A stretch of 64,000 bases of DNA from Felis catus. Lineage: Eukaryota. The notes below the pieces were generated by a model, which worked only from the letters and a program-made list of their open reading frames with translations, was not told where the DNA came from and ran no database searches. The DNA is taken from the NCBI RefSeq assembly GCF_018350175.1, contig NC_058368.1, forward strand, positions 45,076,001 to 45,140,000. The letters are read 5' to 3'. A program made the position numbers and the translations under genes. Below are positions 1 to 12,726 of this stretch, piece after piece (position 1 is the first letter of the stretch; each line of letters starts with the position of its first letter).

Positions 1-894
1 GAACAGACATTCCTCCTCTCTGGAATGGCCTTGACCTCACATGGTCTGAACACTCTCATCTTCTTCAAGGCCTAGTTAGGCACGCCTCCTCTGACCCTAC
101 AAAGCAATATTTAATGTTTGCCCTTTGAGCTCACATTGATATTATATACCCTTAGTACAAATTACAACACTGCATGATACATCTTTATTTGGGTGAAAAG
201 GCATGTTTTTCTCTAACAGAAAACTTTTTGTATTTATCTTAAAGCAAAGATAACAGTGTTTTGTTTGATCAAAAGAAAACAACAGTGCCTAGTAGAGTGT
301 CTTCAAGATTACAACTCTCTCTCTATTTTTTGCCTAATTAATTAACTGATTAAATTATAATACAAGGGAGAGGGAAGAACAAAGCATCTGGCTTGAGTTG
401 GTCAAAAATTTGTAGGTATTAGACGGGTCATTAGGGTTATATTTTTAAGCCTTGGGAGAATTTGAACATAAAAAGAATAAAGGCACAGCAAACAGGTTGG
501 GGAAAATGATGAGAAGGATTAGTTGCAAGTATGTGGAGTAAATGTGGAGGAGTTCAAGTTGATTGACAACTAAGTTTTAATATAAAATAAGACAGGAGAC
601 AAAAAATAAGGAGTTTTGAATGTCAGCTAAGGAACAGGGTAACATCCTTTAGCTAATGAGGAATTTCTGAATAGGAAAGAGAGAGGATCAAAGTTGTTCG
701 TCAACACAAACCTAAATCTGAGAGGTCTTTTAAAAGTCTCCTATAATAGTTCAGGCAAGGAGTAATAAGGACCTGTATTCGTGGATTGATTGGAACTCTT
801 GGGGTAGTGGCCATAAGAATAGAGAATATAGAATCTTTTGGAGAGATGTTATGAAGGTAAAATCAGTAAATGTAACACTGATTGATCATTTCAC

Positions 895-1475
895 TCACCC
901 ATTTAAACCCTTCAATTGTCATCTACTGCACTTAGCATAAATTTTATAATCTCTATCTTGACCCACAAAACCCTTAATGATTTGGCCCTTTCTTACCTTT
1001 TTTATGTGCCATCATCTTGTGTCACTTAACTCCACCCCTTCTACGCTTGCCTCATCCATAATTTCCTCATAATTTTTCTAAAGCTCCTAGTTCTTTTCCC
1101 TAAGTGCTTTCACACAGACAAATTCTCTTGGAATGCTATTTATTTTCACCTGCCTAACTCCTACATATACTTCAAGTTTCAACTGAAATAGTCCTTCTTC
1201 AGAGTGGCTTCCCTGTGACTTCTGGATATCCTGTCTTTTAGCACCATTATGTTCATTTATAGCCCTAATCTTATATGTACAGTGCGTGTTTGTGTGTATG
1301 TGTGCGTGTGTGTGCATGTGTATGTGGTTGTTTTATGAGAGTTATTTGGGTTCTCCTTCCTTTCTGTATCACCATTAATGGAGGAGGGGCTTTATTCATT
1401 TAATTCATTATACATCTACCCCAGCACATTTGACACAGAAAGGGGATTAATAATATTTTTTTAAATGAATAAATG
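895..1475 (+). mobile_element. LINE-2 3' fragment
   Basis: Pyrimidine-rich L2-like body ending AATAATATTT...AATGAATAAATG. Further L2-like pieces probably lie at 1-300 (+) and 580-890 (-). Confidence 0.6.
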
Positions 1476-1598
1476 GGAGCAAGTGCTAACATCTTTTAAT
1501 GTAGACAAGGAAATTATCTCTCTGTTTCAACCATGCTCAGCCTGGTCTTCAGAAAGTAAATACTATTTATAATGAAGGTGTCAAAAAGATTCAGAGGT

Positions 1599-1648
1599 CT
1601 ATCTATCTATCATCTATCTGTCTACCTATCTATCAGTCTCTACCTATG

Positions 1649-1692
<44 letters not shown>

Positions 1693-1705
1693 ATCTATCT
1701 ATCTA
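1599..1705. repeat. (TCTA)n microsatellite
   Basis: Read directly; imperfect at the 5' side. Confidence 0.95.
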
Positions 1706-3070
1706 TGTAATCTTTCCTAGCATGATTGTCCTTTGTATATAGAGTTGAAGCCAAGAGACTTCTAGATTACTAACAACATTTAAAGAGAGAAAAGGAGGAC
1801 ATCATACCCATGTTTATAAAGTAAAATGAGGGAGGCTAAGCAGAGGTCATAAGGAGAAATTAAAGGAGGTAGTGAATGTATCAGAAAAAAATATAGTTTG
1901 GAGAATATCATAAGGCATGTAGTGGCTGGTAGTGAAGAACAAGAGAGTAGGACATTCTATGTTGAGATTTAAGTGTCTTCATTACATCTCTCAGAGCAGA
2001 AGACATTGCAGGAAATGAATAGCTAACTATAGTCAAGAGTCTCCAAGTATGAGACACAGTTTTCACTTGCTTCTTGTCATGGAGAAATAGAACTTGAACT
2101 CGTATTGAAGACTATCCCTATTCAAAATTTGGGAATTAGCATAATGTGTTAGGAATATACATGTATTGTTCTTCTAATTTCTTCCTATCATACATCAGTG
2201 TCATGCCCTGAAAGTCCCTAGAATCGCACATAGATGTTTCATGTGACACCCAGGCATTACATTTGTAACCATGTTGAACAAGGAGGACTTAGTTAAGCGT
2301 GATCAGGCATTAATTTTATCGTTTCAACAACCTTGAAAGCCATGCTCTAGACTTTTCTTTGGGGGCAGGGGTGCATGGGAGGGTGGTGAGTGAAATTTTG
2401 TGCAGGTCTCATTATCTAGTCCATGTCAATCACAAGTGGAATTTCATTTCAGGATTAAATAACCTTTTTTTTAAATCTAATATTAGAATTTTATTGATAA
2501 ATTCAGTTTAAAGTTTCTTCTCAGTTCCAACTCAGTTCTGCCTCAGGCCATCAAACTTGCAGTTGGGAAAGACTTTCTTTTTCCTTCTTTCCTGCTTTTC
2601 CTATACAACTCAACACCTAATACTTTGGGTTCCTCTGGATTGAAACAAATGGAGCGATGGTGAGAGGAGGAAAAGGAATATGCTGAATGGGTTTTATTGC
2701 CTAGGAGAGATGTCTTTTGGTGTTGGTGCCCTCTTAAGGGCAAATGTGAAATTGGTAGATCTTGCTGTTCAAATGGTGATCAAATTACAGTCTTTGTGAT
2801 ATTTACAATTTTTCCTGCAGCTAGAAACTTTCTGCTATCTCCTCAGCCCTCAGACTTGCAGGAGTCTGTCTCTCAACATTTAGGCAGCACTTTTAGGGTG
2901 AGTTACCTTTAAGCTGATCCTAGATAGATTCCCTTGCTCAATTCTCTGTTCAGTCCATATGGAATATACTTATACTATGCAGACATAATCTCTCTATATC
3001 GCCTTTCTTTACACCTTTGCCAGAAAATGACAACCTAATCTACAACTTTATATTAAGATTTCTCAAAAAA

Positions 3071-3218
3071 GAAGAAGAAGAAGAAGAAGAAGAAGAAGAA
3101 GAAGAAGAAGGAGGAGGAGGAGGAGGAGGAGGAGGAGGAAGAAGAGGAGGAGGAGGAGGAAGAGGTAGAGGAGGAGGAGGAGGAGGAGGAGGAGGAGGAG
3201 GAGGAGGAGAAGAAGAAG

Positions 3219-3253
<35 letters not shown>
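3071..3253. repeat. Compound trinucleotide repeat (GAA)13-(GGA)n-(GAA)4-(GCA)~11
   Basis: Read directly. Confidence 0.97.
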
Positions 3254-3255
<2 letters not shown>

Positions 3256-4446
3256 CCTCCCTGCAGGAGTCAAATATTATCTATGTTCTTGGAACTTTAG
3301 GAAACACATACCAAGCTGTCAAGCGGTTGTATTAATAGTTCAGTCATATATTTTAAAAAGGGGAAACACCCTTCTCCATTTCTAAAAAGGGTACAGAAGC
3401 CAAGAATCTGAAATCCTCTCTCCCAAGTGGATTTTACAATTCCTAATTCTTATGCAAACTGGAGGTAGCCATTTCACAATTAAATATGCCTTTAATAGGC
3501 AGATCTCTTCTTTAGTTTAGGATCTGAGGGTATTTTGCAGCTATTAAATTGTCCTTGGTTTTTGAGGCATCAGCCAAAACTGCAACTAAAAAAAAATCCT
3601 ATTTTAATTTTCCACCATATATTGTGTCACCAAGTAAAACAAAAAGTCAGGTGTCATTTCTTGCCACTCTATTTTTGTGTTTCTTTCCCTTAGAAAAAAA
3701 TACTCACATATGCTATTTCAAATTCCATTTGAGTCTTGTTCTATACCTACTTGTCATATGCTTTAGATTGTCCCTGTCAATGCAATATAAAGGGTGTATG
3801 TTATCAGATCAGACTGCCATATTTTAACTAACAATGTTGAGAAGATTTATTTAAATTTATATAGAGAAAGTCAATCTTTGATATTTATATTTTCCAACAT
3901 ATATAGCCTAGTTCATGTAATACAAAAAACAAAAATATTTTTTTCTTAGTGTCCATAGCTAGTACTTAATCATTTACTTGCTCTTTGACTTCTCCTTTAA
4001 CAGCAGGCTTGTGTTAGTACATGTGTGTGTGAGTACGTGTGTGTGTGTGTGTGCACATAAATTTGAAATTACTTTATAGGCCCAAGATGGAGCTTGGGAT
4101 CAGCCTGGGTACCACCTCCACAAACTAAAACTTAGATAATTTTCATGTCCCTGTAAATGTTCCACTTGGCCAGAAATGCAGTCTATTCAAGCAACCAATT
4201 TCCAAACGCCAACCCAACTCTGGGGTCTATACTTATTTCTTGTTTCTTCTCACTCTATACAAGGTGGCCCCAGCCAATCAGATATTTTCTATTTTTCTCT
4301 TCCTTTATCTTTATTCTTTATTCTTTACAAGCTTCCTGTCTCCCACTCCATTTTGTGGTTCTCTGGGCTCTTGGGAGAGACTGTCTTCTTCATGAAGTAT
4401 TAAACACTAGCTTGTTCACCTAAAGTGTCTTCTTTAATAATTTTTA

Positions 4447-4482
<36 letters not shown>

Positions 4483-5540
4483 ATATGTGTGTGTTAGTTA
4501 AAGGAACTTCGCAAATAATTTACTCTACATCTATATTTCCAATTCCAGTTGGTCTGAGAAGTCATCTGAAAATTGATCACAGAATTTTATGGGGATTTAA
4601 CCACTAAACTTTCATACATTCAAATTGTTTTACTTTTACTCAATATTGTATATGAATAAAGCTTTCTGAAGATTTAAATTACAAGAAATAATCAAGTATT
4701 GTATTTTGTGAAGATGCCTGTAGGTAAGGGAAATGAGTTCCCAATTTTCTTTATACACTTTCCTAGAACTTAAATTCACAAGTATACATAGTAAAAATTG
4801 ACCTTGATTGATCATTCATGGCATGCTATTTCTTATTTTAAGACTAGAGTTAGTGAGATAAAGATCTTAATATTTTGAAAAAGTGATAAATTTAAGCTTT
4901 CAAATTATGTTTTTTATGAGAAATATGAGTTCTTCTAAGCTATTTTGAGAAGTAAATTATTACTGAAACAGGATATACTATACTCCCTAATTAACTTCAA
5001 TTTTTTTTTCCCATGGTCGTCAACCTTCTTTGATTTGATCATCAAAAAGCTAATTATGTTTTAACTTTCAGGTATATACTTAAATTCCAAATAAATTTCC
5101 ATCACACGTCATAGAAATTATAAAATCAGGTTGCTGACATGTTACTATAATGCCCTTTGTATGTTACATCTTCTCTAATTGTTAACCAATGCAACATGTT
5201 ATTTAAATATCCTTTCATATTAGAAAACAATACATAGTAGAATAAATAACAAATGAGGGACAAAAGAATTGCCACTTCTATAAACCAATGCAACCCTTCA
5301 GTTGGTCTACTTTTCTAAATATGTTAACATTGATTTTCTGCTTAGAGGCTCACAAAAATATTTTTAAAAATTTAGACACAAGTTTGAATATATTTTTACT
5401 ATATTATAAAAGGGATGACAGAAATTAAAAAATGCTCTGTGAATTATAGCCATTATTAAAATATAATGCTGTGTTTCAGGAAACAGTTTTGAGAAACAGA
5501 TAGGAAGAGTTCTTTCTATCTAAAAATACTTCAAAGCGTA

Positions 5541-5745
5541 GGATCACCTGGGTGGCTCAGTTGGTTAAGATTCCAACTCCTGGTTTCAGCTCGGGTCATG
5601 ATCTCACAGTTTGTGAGTTTGAGCCCTGCATTTGGCACTGGGCTGGCATTGCAGAGCCTGCTTGGGATTTTCTCTCTCCCTGTCTTTGACCTTCCTCCCC
5701 GCTAGGCTTTTTCTCTCTCTCAAGATAAATAAAAAACTTAATAAA
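5541..5745 (+). mobile_element. Can-SINE (older)
   Basis: tRNA-derived head CCTGGGTGGCTCAGTTGGTTAAG, CT-rich body, AATAAA tail, imperfect TSD. Confidence 0.9.
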
Positions 5746-6666
5746 AAAATTCTTCAAAAAGTGTACTTTTTTTACTCCAGCAAATTATGAAAGGGGAAAA
5801 ATCCTGAAGGAATAAATTTAAATTTAGAGTTTAACATTTTTAGGAAGGATGTATTATTTAAAAGAATCACAAACCCAAATTACAACAAGATTACATTAAG
5901 AAGAAAAGAGAATTACTTAGGCTCACAACTTAGACACTTAGGCAACAGGGTTGCCTGTTTCAGGCATTTCTTATACCAGGCATTTAATACTATTAGTTCT
6001 CTCTGCCTTCATTTTCCTACTCTGAGCACTTCTCTCTGAGTGTGGGGCTCATTGTCCCCCACTGAACACAACTGAACATGTATGTGGGGAATATTGGCAC
6101 ATGGATCACCTTATATTACTTTCAAATTCAGGGTCTTACAAAGAAGCTGAGAAAAATCTTTGCTGGTAAATGGTACCAACATACTGACTCCACTGGCCTA
6201 ACTTAATCATTGATCATTTGCATTGAATAAAGGAACCACGGATCCCTAAATAAAGGCTACTTGGAAGACAAGAGAAATGTTCACATTAAACTAAATGGGC
6301 TACAGCTGCAAACTATCTATGATTTAAATTTGTCAATTAGCACAGCCCTGAAATAAGCTTGAAAAAATCATTAGAGCCATGAGAATCCCATTCAGCATGC
6401 AAAATGTTCATTAGCCCTTGATTCATTTATTCAGTAAAACATTTATCCTGTATGATACTGCCAGCTTTTCTAAATCGGAGATTGCGTGTAAAGCCACTAG
6501 GATGAAACTCAATACAGGTTTATTATACTTTTATTTAAGGTAGAAGAGCAGAAATATGTAATAGGACTCTCAAAATAGTTGAGTCTTTATGCTGCTTCAT
6601 AGCCTTTCAAAACAATATGCCTGGGCAGCAAATGTATCTTCTCCCCAGTGCACTATGTGGTAAAAC

Positions 6667-6995
6667 CAAGGTTGGCAAACTTTTCTGTAATAGCATCTTG
6701 GCAAATGCTTTCAGCACCGCAGGCCTATAGTCTGTCTCAACTACGTGACTCTGCTGTATAGCATGAAAGAAACCATAGATAAGTTAGAAACAAGTGGACA
6801 TGGTTGTTGTCCAATAAAACTTTACTTATAGGTACTGGGATTTGAATTTCATGTATTTTTCACATGTCAAGGAATATATTCATCCTTTGATTTTTTCCCC
6901 AACCATTTAAAAATGTAAAATCTATCTTAGCTTGTGGGCTGTGCAATAGACAGCAGGCCAGATTTAGTCCATGGGCCATAGTTTGCTGATCCCTG
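6667..6995. mobile_element. hAT-Charlie MITE (MER58B-like)
   Basis: Terminal inverted repeats CAAGGTTGGCAAACT / AGTTTGCTGATCCCTG, ~330 bp; internal CCAATAAAACTTTA motif recalled from MER58. Confidence 0.8.
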
Positions 6996-7032
6996 TGTTA
7001 AAGGACTCAAGATGTCAAGCCTCTGATTTATG

Positions 7033-7080
7033 GAAGGAAGGAAGGAAGGAAGGAAGGAAGGAAGGAAGGAAGGAAGGAAG
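7033..7080. repeat. (GGAA)n microsatellite
   Basis: Read directly. Confidence 0.95.
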
Positions 7081-8069
7081 GGGTTCAAATGCAATTTGAA
7101 ATATTTTGACTTGGATAATTTGTTATGAATTTCCAGGTATTTTATCATATACATATACTAAAATATATATGATATGTACAATATTTTATTATAAAATATT
7201 GTGTGTTTGTGTTTCCATGTGTTTCTCCACGCCCTAAAATCCAGGCTCAGATTAGATAGTCAAAAAACTACTGTGAATGAAATTAAGATTTTCCATTAAG
7301 AACATCAAGAATAATTTGATATTCCATCTATTAACACATGTCATCTTTCATAGTGCTATGATTTAAATGAAAAAATAGATGTAGCCTAGAGGTACATTTG
7401 TAAAATTTAAAAATCATAGTATAAATGTACCTTACTAAGCTCTGTCAAAAAATCATAGCTAAATATATTTATAGTAGTTTTTTATTTACCTTAAAGTGTG
7501 AGGTTTTTTTTTTTAATTTCTTAATTTCTCTCTTTTAAGCTCTGAGTTTTAGACAGTAGGAAAGCAGTCTCTGACTTGAACAATCTTCCAGTTCTGTCCA
7601 ATATCAACAGGAATGGTTTTGTTCTCAGGTTCAGTTGTTCCATGCTGTCCCATTAATTCTAGAGACCACTATAAGTGACAATGTATTTCCCTTAGTCTAT
7701 TTACAGTTTTGTTCATTTCACAAAGTTTTGTTCATTTCATAGGTAGATTTGGAAGTAAACTATGAATGTGATAAACAAAAATAGAATCTTTATTACTGCA
7801 TTTCCCCTTGATGAGAATCCTATTCCTTCTAATTTTATACTTTATCCTGAGTAGTTATCATTGACTTCTTTCATTTACTTAAGATTGTATCTCCTCATTA
7901 GATAATATTATATTTTAGCCTATTTCAGATCTTTCTGCAAACTGCTGCTTTGTTTCTTTTATCTCTCTCCCTTCCTTTTTCTTTCTTTCTTTCAACTTTT
8001 CATTGAATATATATGTGCATATATATATATGTATATATATGCAGATTTTTACATATATATACATATGCA

Positions 8070-8414
8070 TATGTATATAAGAGAGAAAGGTTTATTTCAA
8101 AGAATTGGTTTGTGTGGTTGTGAGGGCTGTGAAATATGTATGGCAGGGTGGAAACTTCTGGGCAGGGGTTGGCTTTGCAGTCTGAATGAAGAATTCCTTT
8201 TTCTTCTCAAAAAGTTCAGTTTTTACTCTTGAGGCCTTTTGATTGGATGAGGCCCATCCACATTACTGAGGGTAATATTTTTACTTAAATTCAACTGATT
8301 ATACATGTTAATACAGGTCTACAAAATACCATCATAGTAAGATTTAGATTAGTGTTTAATTAAATAACTGGGTATTATAATCCAGTCAAACTGACACATA
8401 AAACTCAACATTAT
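8070..8414 (-). mobile_element. ERVL solo LTR (MLT2-like), partial
   Basis: GATTGGATGAGGCCCATCCACATT...TGACACATAAAA; similar to the 28319 copy. Confidence 0.75.
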
Positions 8415-9725
8415 AAGTATTCTGTCAACTCTTAGACAGACTTGGACATTTCAAGCTAAAATTAAAAAAAAATTAACTACTCAAGATGACAAGAGCTTAG
8501 CCTCTTCTCATCTGTGCTATTCTCCACATCTTGTCCTCCATGTATTCCAGGTAGAAGGTCTTTTTCCTTGCTAAAGAAACTATGCTCAGGGATCAGTTGA
8601 AAATTCAATGTAGGAACAGAGTAATCAAAACCACACTGTCTTACCTGACAGGACATTGCTAAACCACTTTAAAGATATTCCACCATGCTTAAACCTGCCC
8701 ACCACACTGCCCAGACAACTCACAGCAACTCGACAATTAAGGTATTTTGGAGTCTTCCTTCCTCAACTCTGCTCACCCTTGACATTGAATAATGTTAGGC
8801 ATCCACAACAAGCAATGCTAGAAGAGTGGAGTAACACTTAAACTTCTAAAGAAACCTGATTTTTATTTCAAATCCTATACCTCAGCCGATATCTCATCAA
8901 ATATGAGAGTTTTAAAAATAAGTCATTTACAGAAGTGCTAAGATGAAGAAATCTTACATCGTACAAACCTGTTCAAAGGAAATGACTAGCAATTAGAAAC
9001 CAAAATTGAAAATTGTGTGGCATATGAAATATTACACAGCTTACCTAATAGTGAAAAAAACTGAAAGGTACTTGGGCAAAGTTAGAGCAAAATGCATGAG
9101 CAAGGTTGTGTTCACTTTAAAGATTAGAATGAATTCTAAAAACCACACGAGGTTTTGGAAATGACAAAGGTGAAATATCTTCCAAATTCCAATGAGAAAT
9201 TGGAAAGGCAATCAAAAGTCCTAGGAATGAAAACAAAATAAAACAAAACAAAATTTTTGCACAACTATGTCATTATTCAAATATGAATGGAACTAACATG
9301 CAACATAACTTGAGCAATTAGTGGATTTTAAAAAGAAAATCTACTTGACCTTGCTCCTAGGAACTTTCTCCTTTGAGTGACCACAGGGCACGAACACTGA
9401 TAGCCAGAGAAGAAAATGCAGTCCATCAGTTCTCACTAATTGCATCTGCAGTAAATAATATTTACATAAATTTCTTATATTAAATGTTATTTATCCATAC
9501 TCAATTTTTAGCTAAGAGGAACTAAGCACAGAAATTTTAATTGTCTTTAAAAATAAAAAAAATGTTATTAACTAAATGCAAATCAATGTACATGTGTAAT
9601 AATATAAGAGGGGAAATGTGGGAGAGGACAGGCAGAAGGATGGTGAAAATTTGGATAATCTCTTTTTATTAGGAAAAGAAGAATCAATAGACACTATTTT
9701 ATATTTATATAAAGCAAGATATTCA

Positions 9726-9942
9726 GGGGCGCCTGGGTGGCTCAGTCAGTTGAGCGTCCAACTTCGGCTCATGTCATGATCTCACGGTTTGTGGGTTTGA
9801 GCCCCGTGTCGGGCTCTGTGCTGACAGCTCAGAGCCTGGAGCCTGCTTCAGATTCTGTGTCTCCCTCTCTCTCTGGCCCTTTCCCTCTCAATCTCTGTCT
9901 CTCTCTCCTTCTCAAAAATAAATCAACATTAAAAAATTTTAA
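9726..9942 (+). mobile_element. Can-SINE (felid)
   Basis: GGGGCGCCTGGGTGGCTCAG head; TSD AAAGCAAGATATTCAG at 9711-9726 and 9943-9958. Confidence 0.95.
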
Positions 9943-11307
9943 AAAGCAAGATATTCAGATTTAAATTTATTGTGTGAAACTTAAAATATTACCAGTTAAG
10001 GTAAAGAAATAGGGCAATTATCAGAAAGGACAGGCTTACATGCATGGGAGATGTAAATCAATTAACTCTCCATCAATATTAATATTAGGTCAATGGTTAA
10101 TAAGCTAAATTGGTTAATCGAGAAATAATAATCTTGGAGTCTGGAAGACAGTGGCAGAGTAGGAGGATGCTAGGCTCACCTTGTCCCACACATACAACTA
10201 GATAACTATCAAATCATCCTACATACCCCAGAAATCAACCTGACGACTGGCAGAACAAATCCCACAACTAAAGGTAGAGAAAGGCCACAGCAAAGAAGGT
10301 AGGAAGTGAGGCAACAGTGTTTGGGAGAGAAACGGATATTGCTCATTGAGTTATGGAGGGAGCTGTGGTCACAGAGATGTTTGAGAGACAGACTAACACA
10401 CAGGGGAAAACACAGGGAAAGTCAATCCCCATAGTAATTGGCTTAGAAAGTGAGAAGGGCCGAATTTCATAAGTTCTTACAACCAACAGGGCTTAAAGCC
10501 TGGAGTTTGAAAGGTAAGTGGTTTTGGTTCAGGGAGTGCCCAGAGGCACTGGTGCTGCTTTCTGACAGAAGGAAGGGCAAACAGCGCCCCCCTCCCAGCC
10601 CCCCCACATACAGTATGGAAAGTGATCTGAAGAGTGCCTGGGGCACACTGCGGGAAGATTATTTGCTCATCTTGGAGTACATCCCAGACAGGCAGAATCC
10701 AGAGACAGACCTCCTCCAGGAACAAGGGAGCTGGCCAGCACCATTTCTATCTCCAGCATAAGCACAGGGGCCACCTGCAGGCACCAGAGCAGCACCAATG
10801 CTTGCTACCCAACTTGCTTACACCAAGTCCTATCCTCTGTGCTCTGGTGGAACTGTTCTTCTCAGTCACACTTGCCTCAGTCTCAGTGCAGCAACCCCCT
10901 CTCCTAGAATATTGGCCTACACCCCTGCCCAAACTGCATTTCCTGATCCAGGAGTTTTTCAGGGCCTTGGTTCCAGTGGTGTTAGTGACAGGTCTCATTT
11001 CACAAGCAGACTGAAGCACACAGAGTTAAAACTCGCCACATTCAGGCCAGGAACTAAACACTGCCCACAAGAAGCAAAGAGACCCTCTGCAGAGGACTGG
11101 CCTGAAGGATAAAGTGGACAGAATATGACAGCAGAATACATGTAGCACACATTGGAAACATTCTCTGAAGTACCGGGCTCTGGAAAAACAGGGGATACTA
11201 TACTGCAGGACACTACAGGACCTCTTCTTCATAAGGTCATTACTCTTAAGAACAGGAGATGTAGCTAAGTTTCTTAACACAGAACCGGGCACAGAGATTT
11301 AGACAAA

Positions 11308-12415
11308 GTGAGAAGACAAAGGAATTTCTCCCAAATAAAAAAAAAAAAAGGGTGGGGGGTGCAATTCCAATTCCAGACATCTAAGTGAAACAGATATAAG
11401 TAACATGCCTGATAGAAATTTGAAAGTAATGATCATAAAGATATTCACTGGACTTGAGAAAAGACTGGAAGCCATGAATGAGACCATTAACTCAAAGATG
11501 AGAAATAATATAGAAGAGATAAAGGGTTCAATAAGCAAACTGAAAAACAAAATTGATGGAATGAATTGGAAGCTGGAAGAAGCAGAGGAACAAATTAATG
11601 ACTTAGAAGACAGAGTAATGGAAAGTAGTCAAGCCAAACTGAAGAGAGTAAAAAGAATTATGCAAAACAAGAATAGACTTAGGGAAATCAGTGACTCCAT
11701 CAAACGTAGTAACATTTGCATTGCAGGAGTCCCAGAAGAAGAGCAAGAAAAGGGGACACAAAGTTTATCTGAAGAAATAATAGCTGAAAACTTCCCTAAT
11801 CTGGGAAGGAAACAAATACCCAGATCCAGGAAGCCCAGAGAACCCCCAACAAAATCAACAAAAGCAGTTCCTTGCCAATACATAATTAAAATGGCAAAAT
11901 AGGGTCATCTGAGTGGCTCAGTCAGTTAAGTGCCTGACTCTTAATTTTGGCTAAGGTCATGATATCATGTTTGTGAGATCAAGACCCACACTGGGTTCTG
12001 TTTGGATAGTGCAGAGTATGTTTGGGATTCTCTCTCCCTCTCTCTCTCAAAATAAATAAATAAACTGTAAATAAATAAATAAATAAACAAACAAGCAAGC
12101 AAACAAATAAATAAAATGGCAAAATAAAGTAATAAAGAAAAAAATCTAAAAGTAGTGAGATAAAAGAAAATAGTTACCTATAAGAGAAACCCCATAATGC
12201 TATCAGGAGGTTTTCAGCAGAAACTTTCTAGGCTAGAAAGGATTGGAACGATATTTCAAACTGTAAAATGGGAAAAATCTGCAGCCAAGAATACTTTAGC
12301 CAGCAAGGCTATCATTCACAATATGAGAGATAAAGAGTTTCCCAGACTAACAAAACTAAAGAAGTTCATGACCACTAAATTAGCACTGCAAGAAATATTA
12401 AAGAGGACTCTATGA
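11308..12415 (+). pseudogene. L1 ORF1p remnant (coiled-coil/RNA-binding), frameshifted and split by a SINE
   Basis: ORF track 11405-11902 (coiled coil ...LEEAEEQINDLEDR..., IIAENFPNL) and 12197-12415 (...LQEILKRTL*). Confidence 0.9.
11902..12111 (+). mobile_element. Can-SINE inserted in L1 ORF1
   Basis: TSD TAAAATGGCAAAATA at 11887-11901 and 12112-12126; TAAA/CAAA tail. Confidence 0.95.
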
Positions 12416-12726
12416 GTGGAAATGCAAGTCAAGAAATTCCCAAAACAAAAGGATGTAAAATATCATGCCATATACCTAAAATGTGGGGAGAAAAGGCGTA
12501 AAAATGGGTTAAAATTTAAATGACCATCAACTTCATATGAACTACTATGCTCAGAAGATGTTATTTACAAACTTAATGGTAACCACAAGTCAAATATCAC
12601 TAACAAATATACAAAGAATTAAGAGAAAAATGCAAATATATCACTAAAGGAAACAAGCAAACCATGAAAGAAAGACAAGAAGAATCAGAGAAAATATTCA
12701 GAAACAACCACAAAACTGGTAATAAA

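Noticed and set aside
3017..3385. 122-aa polyE/polyG/polyA ORF and its antisense polyP ORF
   Set aside because: Entirely produced by a trinucleotide microsatellite; TTG start and no coding-like flanks.
7390..7432. 13-bp imperfect inverted repeat AGGTACATTTGTA / TATAAATGTACCT
   Set aside because: Short and AT-rich; not distinguishable from chance.
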